Below, one piece after another: positions 48,973 through 58,569 of a stretch of DNA of 64,000 bases. Made by a program: the position numbers and the translations under genes. This DNA is from an uncultured Chloroflexia bacterium (GTDB taxonomy: Bacteria > Chloroflexota > Limnocylindria > Limnocylindrales > CSP1-4), in NCBI GenBank assembly GCA_963813335.1, contig CAWEYL010000006.1, forward strand, positions 90,185-154,184, read 5' to 3'. The notes beneath the pieces are model-generated. The model was given only the letters and a program-made list of their open reading frames with translations, made no database searches and was not told where the DNA came from. Within the stretch, counting starts at the first letter, position 1; every line of letters begins with the position of its first letter.

Positions 48973-49770
48973 TCAGGCAGCCAGGTCGCGCCGGTGGAAC
49001 GCCACGAACGAGAGCAGCCAGCCGGCGATCGCGACGGCAAGGTATAGCAGCGAGTCGCCGATCGGATACGGCCCCCCGTCGATCAGGTCCCTGAGGTTGA
49101 AGTAGCGGAACGCGGAGAGCTGCCCCAGACCTGCCATGTCCGGCGAGAGCGCGGCCAGGACGTTCAACAGGTACATCACGATCAGGATCCCGGCGACCAG
49201 CCCTCCGGCCCTCCCGCGGTCCAGGAACGCGATCGCCAGGAAGGTCGTGACGCCTGCGATCGCGAGCGCCATGGCCAGGGCGTGGACGCCGGCGAGGACG
49301 ATGCGGCCCGTCGGGAAGTCGGGCTTGATGAGCAGGTCCGCGATCACGATCGCGCCGATCATCATCAGCGCGATCGCACCGAGCGACAGGACCTGGCTCA
49401 CGATCGCCGAGGCGAGGTAGCGCAGGCGCGGCAGCCGCGTGGACAGCGGGAGGTCCAGGAAGCCGCTCTCCGCGTCCGCGGCGATCCGCGTCCCGAGGGC
49501 GATGGCCGCGATCGCGGCGACCAGCGGCCACAGGAACTGGAAGACGTACGAGTTGAGGAACGTCCCGGCGTCGCCGAGGCTCCCCTGGATCCCGAAGGCC
49601 GCCATGAGCTCCTTGGGGTAGATGCTCATGAGCTGCTCGTATTCGGCGGCATGGTCCAGCACGACCGGGTAGAAGAGGGTGATCCCGCCCGCATACAGCA
49701 CGGCCACCAGCCCGACCGACAGGACGACCATCCGGCCGCGCCGAACCTCCAGGATCAGGGCCGGGATCAT
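48973..49770 (-). CDS. ABC-2 permease
   Basis: ESGFLDLPLS, LSAFRYF, FHRRDL. Confidence 0.87.
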   Translation of the reverse strand: MIPALILEVRRGRMVVLSVGLVAVLYAGGITLFYPVVLDHAAEYEQLMSIYPKELMAAFGIQGSLGDAGTFLNSYVFQFLWPLVAAIAAIALGTRIAADAESGFLDLPLSTRLPRLRYLASAIVSQVLSLGAIALMMIGAIVIADLLIKPDFPTGRIVLAGVHALAMALAIAGVTTFLAIAFLDRGRAGGLVAGILIVMYLLNVLAALSPDMAGLGQLSAFRYFNLRDLIDGGPYPIGDSLLYLAVAIAGWLLSFVAFHRRDLAA

Positions 49771-50663
49771 GGCCGCACGTCCGGCGATCCGTCATAGAAC
49801 GCCATGAAGACGTCCTCGATCTCGAGCGTCGCGATCGAGATGTCGCCCACGTCGATGGAGGCGAGGCGACGCAGGAGCGGGTTCATGTCCCCCTGGACCA
49901 TGAGGTGGACGTCCCGCGCCGAGGCGGAGACGATCCGGACGTTCGGCAGGTCGAACAGGCCAGCGGGGGGCGGGGCGGCCAGCTCCAGGCTGACGGACCG
50001 CCAGTGGGAGGCCCGCAGGTCGCTGACGGACGAGACCTCGACGAGGCGTCCGTCGCGGATGATCCCGACCCGATCGCACGCGCGCTCGACCTCGGGCAGG
50101 TTGTGCGATGACAGGAAGACGGTCCGGCCAGCCGTCTTGGCCTCGGAGACCAGGGTGAGGAACACCCGCTGCATCAGCGGATCCAGACCGCTCGTAGGCT
50201 CGTCCATGATCAGGAGCGGCTCCTCGCCCATGAACGCCTGGACCACGCCCACCTTCTGGCGGTTGCCGCGCGACAGCTTGCGGATCTGGACGCTCGGATC
50301 CAGCTCCAGTCGTTCGGCGACGGCCGCCCAGGCGCCCTTCGGGAGGCCGCGCAGGCTGGCCATGTAGTCGAGCTGCTCGGCGGCCGTCAGCTTGGGCAGG
50401 TAGGCCGGCTCGCTGCTGACGTACGCCACGCCGACGTGCGCCGCAGCGGCATCGCGCCAGCTGTCATGGCCGCGGAGCGTGGATCGACCGGCCGTCGGTC
50501 GGAGGAACCCGAGCAGGGTCCGGATCGTGGTGGTCTTGCCCGCCCCGTTCGGACCGAGGAACCCGAAGACCTCGCCTTCGCCGATCCGGAGCGTGAGGTC
50601 CTCGATACCCCGCCGCGAGCCGTATCGCTTGGTGAGGCCGATCGCCTCGATGACGTCGGTCAT
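49767..50663 (-). CDS. ABC ATP-binding subunit
   Basis: GPNGAGKTT, LSRGNRQK, MDEPTSGLDPL, FLSSHNL. Confidence 0.92.
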   Translation of the reverse strand: MTDVIEAIGLTKRYGSRRGIEDLTLRIGEGEVFGFLGPNGAGKTTTIRTLLGFLRPTAGRSTLRGHDSWRDAAAAHVGVAYVSSEPAYLPKLTAAEQLDYMASLRGLPKGAWAAVAERLELDPSVQIRKLSRGNRQKVGVVQAFMGEEPLLIMDEPTSGLDPLMQRVFLTLVSEAKTAGRTVFLSSHNLPEVERACDRVGIIRDGRLVEVSSVSDLRASHWRSVSLELAAPPPAGLFDLPNVRIVSASARDVHLMVQGDMNPLLRRLASIDVGDISIATLEIEDVFMAFYDGSPDVRP

Positions 50664-50977
50664 GTGGACGAGGCGCCGGCGGGCCCTGAGAGCTCGACGC
50701 TGATCCGCAGGGCCGTGTAGGCCGCCCACGGCTCGTCGGGCTTCGGGACGGTCGCCTCGAGCTCGGCGTTGCTGCTGGTGAAGAACGCCGCGACCTGCTC
50801 CGCGCTGACCTCGTGGCCGAGCAAGGCCCCGAGGCCGTGCTCGACGGCGTAGGCGGCGTACCAGGTCGCCCATCCGACGTCGTACACCCCGTGCAGCTCC
50901 GTCGCTTCATACCGGCCGTGGGCGTCGCTCGTCTCGGTCAGCAGGGTGGCGATGGCGTCGACGCGTTCGCTGGGCAT
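50660..50977 (-). CDS. Small hypothetical protein
   Basis: GGAGGAG RBS; AHGRYE...WATWYA motif; coupled to the ABC ATPase. Confidence 0.65.
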   Translation of the reverse strand: MPSERVDAIATLLTETSDAHGRYEATELHGVYDVGWATWYAAYAVEHGLGALLGHEVSAEQVAAFFTSSNAELEATVPKPDEPWAAYTALRISVELSGPAGASST

Positions 50978-51040
50978 ATCCGACTCCTCCTCCGTCGCTG
51001 GCGTACCCCTCATAGTGGACCGCCACGCTGCCAACCATCA

Positions 51041-51559
51041 GTGCCAGAGGACCAATTCGTGCTCGTCATCCGCCAGGTCGAGACGCCCACCGAGATCTCG
51101 GCGGTCACGGCCATGCTCCGCGAGTACCTGGCTTGGGTGATGACCCTCGAGGAGGACAGCGACGAGGTCCCGACCTTCGAGGGCGTCGAGGACGAGCTGG
51201 CCACGCTGCCGGGCATCTACTCGCCACCGGAGGGACGGCTCCTGCTCGCGTCCTGGGACGGGGTGCCCGCCGGCTGCATCGCGCTCAAGCCGCATCACGG
51301 GACGACCGCCGAGCTCAAGCGCCTCTATGTCAGGCCGTCGGCGCGCGGGCACGACATCGGGCGTCACCTGGTCGAGCGCCTGGTCGCCGAGGCGCGGGCG
51401 GCGGGTTACCGGCAGGTCGTCCTCGACAGCCACCACTCGATGGAGCGGGCGCATGCCCTGTACCGCGGTGTCGGCTTCCGCGACGTCGCGCTCCCGGCCG
51501 ACTTCCCCGAACGCTTCGCCACGGTCGCCATCTTCATGGAGCTGGACCTCGAGGACTAG
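51041..51559 (+). CDS. GNAT acetyltransferase
   Basis: ELATLPGIY, GCIAL, ELKRLYVRPSARGHDIG, LYRGVGF; start approximate. Confidence 0.88.
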   Translation: MPEDQFVLVIRQVETPTEISAVTAMLREYLAWVMTLEEDSDEVPTFEGVEDELATLPGIYSPPEGRLLLASWDGVPAGCIALKPHHGTTAELKRLYVRPSARGHDIGRHLVERLVAEARAAGYRQVVLDSHHSMERAHALYRGVGFRDVALPADFPERFATVAIFMELDLED

Positions 51560-51607
51560 GCGGCCCCGATCGGTCTGGACGCCGCTCGGGCGTCGGCGCG
51601 CCGGGCC

Positions 51608-52507
51608 TCAACCGCGTTCGCTCGAGCCGGCCGACGCCACTCGATCGGCCGAGGGGACGACGTAGTACGCGCCGGTCAGCGGGCGGGTGAACCGCATCAG
51701 CTCGTCGATCTGGCCGCCCGGCCGGCCGACCATGCTGTCGAGCATCCCGGCCAGGACCGCCTGGCTCGCGCTGAAGCCCACGAAGATCGTCCCGTGGCGC
51801 TCGACCGAGCCATACGCGATGTTGCGCCGGAAGATCGTGCCGAACGCGTCCTGGTCGGTCCGCGCCACGTGCGACCCGTCGGGCCGCGGGTCCAGCTCGA
51901 CGCTGTCCATCTTGCGGCGGCCGATCACCGCCTCCTGGGCCTCGGTCGGCAGGCCCTCCCACAGTACGGCGTCGTGCTCCCACTGCTGGAGCAGGAGGAT
52001 CGAGCCGCCGGCACCCGGCTCGCCCTCCGGGATCAGCGCGAGCGACATCGCCTCGATGAGGCTCGGGTTCTCCGTGCCATCGATGAAGCCGGTCAGGTCG
52101 CGGTCGTGGTGGTACGGCCAGCCCACCATCTCGTGGGCGATGGCCGCCCGGCCCGCCACCGCATTGACGATCGAGCGCGACACGTCGAAGACGACGTCAT
52201 ACCCGGATCCCGTGATCCAGACCACGATGTCGTGCTGGGTGGCGGGCATGACCTGCCCGGTGGGGCCGGTGACCGGGATCTCGAAGCCGTGCGCACCCGC
52301 CGGCGCGGCGTCGGGCGCGATCGCCGCCCAGGTCTCCGGGCGGAAGCCGACCACGAGGTTGACGCCCTCCAGGGTGGTCCGCGGCTCGCGCAGCGACGCG
52401 ATCAGCGCGACGGCGTCGGCCGGGGCGGTCGAGGGGAGCACGTCGAACTCGAGCCACGCGTGCGAGGACGTCCCGAGGGCGAAGATCCCGGTCTGTGGGG
52501 CGCTCAC
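51608..52507 (-). CDS. Dyp-type peroxidase
   Basis: RDLTGFIDGTENP (GxxDG), QEAVIGR, SHVART, IFRRN. Confidence 0.9.
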   Translation of the reverse strand: MSAPQTGIFALGTSSHAWLEFDVLPSTAPADAVALIASLREPRTTLEGVNLVVGFRPETWAAIAPDAAPAGAHGFEIPVTGPTGQVMPATQHDIVVWITGSGYDVVFDVSRSIVNAVAGRAAIAHEMVGWPYHHDRDLTGFIDGTENPSLIEAMSLALIPEGEPGAGGSILLLQQWEHDAVLWEGLPTEAQEAVIGRRKMDSVELDPRPDGSHVARTDQDAFGTIFRRNIAYGSVERHGTIFVGFSASQAVLAGMLDSMVGRPGGQIDELMRFTRPLTGAYYVVPSADRVASAGSSERG

Positions 52508-54093
52508 GGCGCGACCCCGACCGCGACCGCGGTCCGCTCGTCCAGGTTATCCCAGACGGTCTTGAGCGGGTCCTGCCGCCCGAATGCCACGAGCGCGATC
52601 GCGCCGCCGATGACGCCGATGGCGCCGCAGAACAGGAAGGCCGCGTGGAGCCCGCTCGTGTATGCCTCGAGGTACGGCCGGATGTCCGCGGTGCCGATGG
52701 TGGTGGCGACCTGGCTGAAGCTCGGGGTCCCGACCGCGATGAGGACGTCCCGGAACGCGGCGATCGCGGCCGCGGCATCGGCAGCCGGCAGCGTGGCGAC
52801 CGAGTCGGTGTAGGCGGACGTGGCCACCTGGGCAACGAGTGCGCTCACGATGACGATCCCGATACGCGTTCCCACCGAGATCGATGCCTCGTTCAGCGCC
52901 GCCGCCGTCGCCGGCAGTCCCCGCGGCACGCTGGCGAAGATGATCGCCGTGCGGACGGTCGTGGCCACCACGAAGCCTGCCCCGATGAGCAGGCACGGCA
53001 GGACAAAGCCGAGGTAGCCCGCGGATTCCGTGGCCACGAGGGTCAGGAGCAGGTTCCCGAGCCCGACGATGACGACGCCGCCGCCGACCAGCCAGCGCGG
53101 TGAGACCCGGGCGAGCAGGTATCCCGCGACCGGCCCGGCGATGACCAGCGCGCCGAACAGCGGCGCCAGAGCCGCCATCGACAGCACGGGTCCGTAGCCC
53201 AGCACGAGGCGGAAGAAGAGCGGCAGGTTGAGCATCGCCGCCGTCTGCGAGATCGCGATCACGACGCCGACGAACAGGGCGATCGCCACGTTCCGCCGGA
53301 TGATGCCGACCGGGCCGACCTGCCGCTTGCGCGAGAGGCGGTCGTAGGACAGGACCAGGGCGGGGCCGCCGATGACCATCGCCCAGCGGACCGGGTTGTC
53401 GAGGCCGCCGCCGATCCAGGTCAGGCCGATGGTCAGGGTGATGATCCCGAAGGCCCACACGGCGACCGCGACGACCAGCGGGCGCTCCGCGAGCGACGGC
53501 CGGTGCAGCTCCAGGACGTGGCGCGATGCCACGAGAATCGCGATCACGCTCGCGGCGATCGCGGCGAGGTATGCCGGCCAGCGCTCGCCCGGGATGACCT
53601 GCAACAGGATGGGCGCGATCGCAGCACCCGCCCCGTACGCGGCGTAGGCGATGCCGATGGCCGTCGCCCGGACCGGCCCGCGGTAGCTCGTCGCCACGAG
53701 GGCGATCGACACCGGGATGACGAACGTCGCGAACGCGTGGCCGATCAGTCGGGTCGTGACGAAGACCGGCCCGTACGGCAGCACGATCGCTGCGATGCCG
53801 GCCAGCAGCTCGATCGTGAGGCCGCCCAGGATGATCGGCCGAGAGCGGCGCGAATCGCCGAGCGCACCGCCGAGCAACAACAGGGCCGCGGCGCTGAGCG
53901 ACGCGATCATGACCGTCGTCTCGAGGTTCGGGTTCTCGCGGACGGCCGCCTGGACCGATGGCAGGGCCGGGCTCCAAGCCTGCGGGTCCAGCGCCGCCGC
54001 GAAGAGCGCGACCGACCCGGCAAGCAGGGCCCCCTTCGCCACGGGGTCGACGAACAGGTCGCCGATGAACGCGGGGAGCGGTGGGCGGCGCAT
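52504..54093 (-). CDS. MFS transporter (DHA2-like, 14 TM)
   Basis: ALPSVQ, GGALGD, RATAIGI; large late loop. Confidence 0.82.
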   Translation of the reverse strand: MRRPPLPAFIGDLFVDPVAKGALLAGSVALFAAALDPQAWSPALPSVQAAVRENPNLETTVMIASLSAAALLLLGGALGDSRRSRPIILGGLTIELLAGIAAIVLPYGPVFVTTRLIGHAFATFVIPVSIALVATSYRGPVRATAIGIAYAAYGAGAAIAPILLQVIPGERWPAYLAAIAASVIAILVASRHVLELHRPSLAERPLVVAVAVWAFGIITLTIGLTWIGGGLDNPVRWAMVIGGPALVLSYDRLSRKRQVGPVGIIRRNVAIALFVGVVIAISQTAAMLNLPLFFRLVLGYGPVLSMAALAPLFGALVIAGPVAGYLLARVSPRWLVGGGVVIVGLGNLLLTLVATESAGYLGFVLPCLLIGAGFVVATTVRTAIIFASVPRGLPATAAALNEASISVGTRIGIVIVSALVAQVATSAYTDSVATLPAADAAAAIAAFRDVLIAVGTPSFSQVATTIGTADIRPYLEAYTSGLHAAFLFCGAIGVIGGAIALVAFGRQDPLKTVWDNLDERTAVAVGVAP

Positions 54094-54141
54094 CCGCGTA
54101 TTGGATGCTACGCGGCGGCGATGCGCAACTCGCGTGCGCGG

Positions 54142-54831
54142 TCAGGCCAGGGCGTCGAGGATCGCTGCGAGCTCCCCGGGACGGGTCATGAACGGCGAGT
54201 GCGAGCCAGCGATCTCGACGGCCTCCGCGCCGAGGCGCCCGCGACTCGCCGAGCGGACCCAGTCCGCATTGATCGCCCGGTCGTCGCGGCAGACGATGGC
54301 GCGCGACTCGATGGCGGGCCACGCCTCCAGCGGCGTCGTCTCGCTCATCACCCGGTAGCACTGCGGGCGGAGGCGGGCCGCCGCCCAGGCGGCGACCGCC
54401 GGGGGTGCGTCGTGGTAGAAGATCTCGCGGGCGGTGTTCGGACCGACCATCCAGACGTCGTCGCCGAGATCGGTCCACTCGGCGGTCGCCGGGGCGACGT
54501 CCGGGGCGAGCGCCTCGGTCGCGCGCTGGTCGTTGGCGCTCAACCCGGGGACGGGCAGGAAGGCGGCCAGGAACACCAGCCGGCGGATCGGCCGGCGGGC
54601 CGCCACGATGGGGGTCACCAGCCCGCCCATCGAATGGCCGACGAGCACCGGCTCGGGCATCGACGCGATGGCCGCGATGACGGCGTCCGCGTACGCCGAC
54701 GCACCGTACGTCGGGTCCGAGATCGGCAGGTCCGCGGCGATGACCCGGTGCCCGAGCGCCTCGAGCTCCGGCACGAGGCGGTCCCAGCACCACGCTCCGT
54801 GGTAGGAGCCGTGCACCAGCGCGATGTCCAT
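54142..54831 (-). CDS. Alpha/beta hydrolase (methylesterase/SABP2-like)
   Basis: LVHGSYHGAWCW, GHSMGG, DDRAI, GSHSPF. Confidence 0.9.
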   Translation of the reverse strand: MDIALVHGSYHGAWCWDRLVPELEALGHRVIAADLPISDPTYGASAYADAVIAAIASMPEPVLVGHSMGGLVTPIVAARRPIRRLVFLAAFLPVPGLSANDQRATEALAPDVAPATAEWTDLGDDVWMVGPNTAREIFYHDAPPAVAAWAAARLRPQCYRVMSETTPLEAWPAIESRAIVCRDDRAINADWVRSASRGRLGAEAVEIAGSHSPFMTRPGELAAILDALA

Positions 54832-54883
54832 GGCTGCTCCCTCGTCCGACCCGGTCGCGACGGCCGACAGGGAGAGGATGCGA

Positions 54884-55820
54884 CTACTGGTCGGTGATGT
54901 CGATGGCGTGGTTCACGAACGACTTCTGCTGCTTCGATTCGACCATGACCAGGATGTACAGCCCGGTGACGTCCTTCGGGACCGCGACCTTGGTCGTCCA
55001 GTCGGCGACGCCCTTGGCCGGCGTGATCGGGGTGTCGGCCAGGTGCGGGCTCTCGTAGAACCCGTAGATCACCCCGTCGGCGCCGATCGACGGGTGGCGT
55101 CCCGATGTGGACGTAGGTCGGATAGGCGGTGGGGTTCTCCGTGTGCCAGGCGAACTCCAGCCCGTCGGCCGTCCGGGTGGTCTTGACGAGCGTCAGGACG
55201 CACTTGTTGATCGCTTCGATCGGGTCGGTCGCCTTCTGGACCACGCCATCGATGGCCTGCGCGACCGGGAACGTGAGGTCCGCCGTGACCTTGTCGAGGT
55301 CGACGACCAGCTTGGCGGCCACCGGCTTCGACGGCGTGTAGTAGTTGAAGTCGCCCGTCACGTACGTGTAGTCGATCGACAGCTTCTGGCCGGCGGCCGG
55401 CGCCGCGCCGGCGCACTCGACCGAGAGCATCGCCGTCTCCGGCTTCTGCTTCGTGCCACCCGTGTAGCCGCGCATCTGGAAGCCGGGCGCGAGGCTCGTG
55501 CCACCGGTCCCCACCACCGCCGTCGCGCAGGGCGTGGTCTTCCCGTCGCTGCCGCTCAGCGCGACCTTCCCGCCGGTCGCGAGCTGCATCGCGCTCCAGT
55601 CGCCCGTGTCATTGCGCAGGGCGAGGTCGACATGGAGGTCGCCGCCGGCCGTCTGCGAGACCGCGGTCGCGATGCCCGCCCAGAGGCCCGCCGCGGCCGC
55701 CGGGGTCGGGCTGCTCTCATCGGCCGGCGTGACGACGTAGTCGCATGCCCCGGCGACGAGCGCCGCCGCGGCCAGTCCGAGGACGAGCAGCCGTGCCCTC
55801 ATCGGCCGGACCGTCGGCAC
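54884..55820 (-). CDS. Lipoprotein with two beta-rich domains; +1 frameshift near 55088
   Basis: VAGAC lipobox; HIGTPPV continues as IGADGVIYGFYESPH in the 54884..55072 frame. Confidence 0.65.
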
Positions 55821-55821
55821 G

Positions 55822-57478
55822 TCAGCTGGCCCCGTCGAACTTGGGCAGGATCGCCGACAGCTTCCCGGAGACCAGCCAGTAGTTGGACGGCGCGTCGGTG
55901 CCGCCGTCGACGGCCTGCACGTTCTTGGCCTTGCCGTCGAGCGTCACGTCCGTGAAGTACGTGTAGCACTGGGCGCATGGCGTATGCGAGGTCGAGTACA
56001 TGTCGTCGGTGAACCAGCCGAGCTTCTCGATCGAGGCGACGAGCGCCGTCACCTCCTCAGGCGTGACCTGCTTCGTGACGGTCTTGGCTCCCGTTGTCGC
56101 CCGTGATCCGGCCGTCCGGGTAGATCGCGTACAGCTCGTCGATGCAGGCGCCGCCCCCGTTGCGCTCGTAGACGATGGCCGCACCCGCCGTCGCGAGCGC
56201 CGTCGCCTGGTCCTGGCGGAGCGGCTTGAGCTGGCAGCCCGCGGCCGACGTCGGCCCGACGGCGCTGCCGGACCCGCCGCCCCCGACGAGGCCGAAGAGC
56301 TGGATGCCCAGGAAGATCGCGATGGCAGCGCCGGCTCCGATGGCCGCCCGCTTGTCGCGATACCACGGCCGGCGGCGATGGACAGGCTTCGCCATCGTCG
56401 TGCCGCCGAGTCTCGCCCGGGCGAGCTGCCGCTGGTTGATGTTCGTCAGGAGGGCCTGGACGCCGATGAAGACCAGCATCAGCCCGCCGATCACGATGCT
56501 GGTCCACCACGAGCTGAGCTGCCCGTTGAACTGGATGATGCTCTGGATCAGGGCCGTGATCAGGACGCCGAACAGGGCGCCCAGGATGTAGCCCTCGCCG
56601 CCGGTCAGCGCGGTCCCGCCGATGACCACGGCGGCGATGACCGTGAGCTCGAAGCCCAGGGCGTGGCCGCCATGCCCGGACCCGACGTAGATGCTGTAGG
56701 CGATGCCGGCGAGCGCCGAGCAGAAGCCGTTGAGCATGTAGACCTTGACCTTGGTCCGGTCCACCGACAGGCCCATCAGCCGGGATGACTGCTCGTTCGC
56801 GCCGTTGTTGCCGCCGATGGCGTAGACCGTCCGGCCGAACCGCGTGAACTGCGCGATGTACATGCCCGCCAGCAGCACGACCACCGCGACCACGACCAGG
56901 ATCGTGATGTAGTCGCCCTTCTTGGTGACCGGGTCGGCCAGGCCGGGGATGAGGATGCGGGTGCCGACCAGCAGGCGGTACAGCGGGTCGTGGATGCGGA
57001 TCTCGCTATCGCTGATGACGTAGGAGAGCCCGCGGGCGAACCACATCCCGGCCAGCGTCGCGATGAACGGCTGGACCTTCAGGTAGGCGATGAAGAAGCC
57101 CATGACGCCGCCGATGCCGATGCCCATCAGGAGCATCAGCGGCATGACCAGCCACGGGTTCCAGCCCGACTGGATGAGTGCCGCGGACGCGACGGTCGTG
57201 AGGGCGATGACGCCGCTCACCGACAGGTCGATGCCGCCCGAGATGATCACGAAGGTCTGGCCGACGACCGCGATCAGCAGGAACGGCGTCGTGACGAGCA
57301 GGTTGAAGAACGCCTGGCCGTCGCGCATGGCCGGGAACGCGAAGGCGCCCATGACGTACGCGACCGCGAACAGGACGCCGGTCGCGGCGAGCGGCAGGAA
57401 GCGCTGCTTGCTGGCGATGCGGGCCGTCAGCGTCGGCGTCATGCCCTGACCTGGCTGGGCGGCGACGGTCTCGGTCAT
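55822..57478 (-). CDS. yjfF: YjfF-type sugar ABC permease with fused C-terminal extracytoplasmic domain; +1 frameshift near 56091
   Basis: ISGGIDLSV, QPFIATLAGMWFARG, TRFGRTVYAIGG, AAVVIGGT, LSSWWT; extra TM plus YERNGG...CAQCYTY domain. Confidence 0.78.
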
Positions 57479-58569
57479 GCCGCGATCTCGGTGCGTTTCG
57501 GACGGCTGACGAGGCGGCGGATCGTGTCCTGGGTCTGGCGCGAGTAGAGCAGGATCACGAGGATCACCACGACCGCCTTGACCGCGATGATCGCGCTGGC
57601 CGCGACGCCGACGTGGTACATCGAGGTGGTCGTCGCCTGGATGATCAGGCCGCCGATCGCGCTGCCCAGGAGCGAGAACCGGCCGCCGGCGCCCAGCACG
57701 GTCCCGCCGATCACGACCGCGAGGATCGCATCGAGCTCCGTGTACAGGCCGATCTGGTTCGCGTCGGACGTCCGGATGCTGGACACCGCGACGAGCCCGG
57801 CGATGCCCGCGCACAGCCCGCAGAACGAGTAGGCGAACATCTTCACCCGCTTCTCGTTCACGCCGCTGTAGTAGCTGGAGCGGAAGTTGATGCCGACCAA
57901 TTCGATGAACAGGCCGATGGCGGTCCGGCGGGTCAGCAGCCATGCCGCGACGAACACGCCGATGACCACGTAGAACGAGATCGGCAGCACGATGAAGCCA
58001 TTGCCGATGTAGGCGAACGCGTCGTTGAAGATGATGATCTTGATGGCGTTGGTGATGAGCTGGGCGATGCCGCGGCCGGCGATCATCAGGACGAGCGTCG
58101 CGACCATCGGCTGGATCCGGAAGTAGGACACGAGGACCCCGTTCCAGGCGCCGCACAGCAGCCCGACCACGAGCGGGACGATGATCACCAGCGCCATCGG
58201 CGCGTAGCTGAACGTCGGGTCGCCGACCACCGCGGTGATGTCGCCGGAGAGGCCGACCCCCACGATCCGCGGGTCGATCAGGATGCACGCCACGGACGCG
58301 GTGATGGCCATGACCGCACCGACGGACAGGTCGACCCCGCCCGTCGCGATCACGAGCGTCATGCCGATCGCGAGGATGACCGTCGGCGCGCTGTTCCGGA
58401 CGATGTCGACCAGGCTGCCGTACAGGTGACCGTCCTTCATCTCGAGGTTGAAGAACCCCGGGATGAAGATGAAGTCGAACAGCAGGATCAGCAGGAGCGT
58501 GACGAGCGGCAGGAAGACCCGGCTCTCGGTGACGCGGCCCCAGCTGATCCGGCTCCGGATGCCGCTCAT
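57475..58569 (-). CDS. ytfT: Sugar ABC permease (YtfT-like)
   Basis: GHLYGSLVDI, ATGGVDLSVG, IQPMVATL, ELDAILAVVIGG. Confidence 0.85.
   Translation of the reverse strand: MSGIRSRISWGRVTESRVFLPLVTLLLILLFDFIFIPGFFNLEMKDGHLYGSLVDIVRNSAPTVILAIGMTLVIATGGVDLSVGAVMAITASVACILIDPRIVGVGLSGDITAVVGDPTFSYAPMALVIIVPLVVGLLCGAWNGVLVSYFRIQPMVATLVLMIAGRGIAQLITNAIKIIIFNDAFAYIGNGFIVLPISFYVVIGVFVAAWLLTRRTAIGLFIELVGINFRSSYYSGVNEKRVKMFAYSFCGLCAGIAGLVAVSSIRTSDANQIGLYTELDAILAVVIGGTVLGAGGRFSLLGSAIGGLIIQATTTSMYHVGVAASAIIAVKAVVVILVILLYSRQTQDTIRRLVSRPKRTEIAA

Noticed and set aside
21982-56184. Programmed ribosomal frameshifting or true pseudogenes at the four split genes
   Set aside because: No slippery heptamers or additional lesions; sequencing error is more parsimonious
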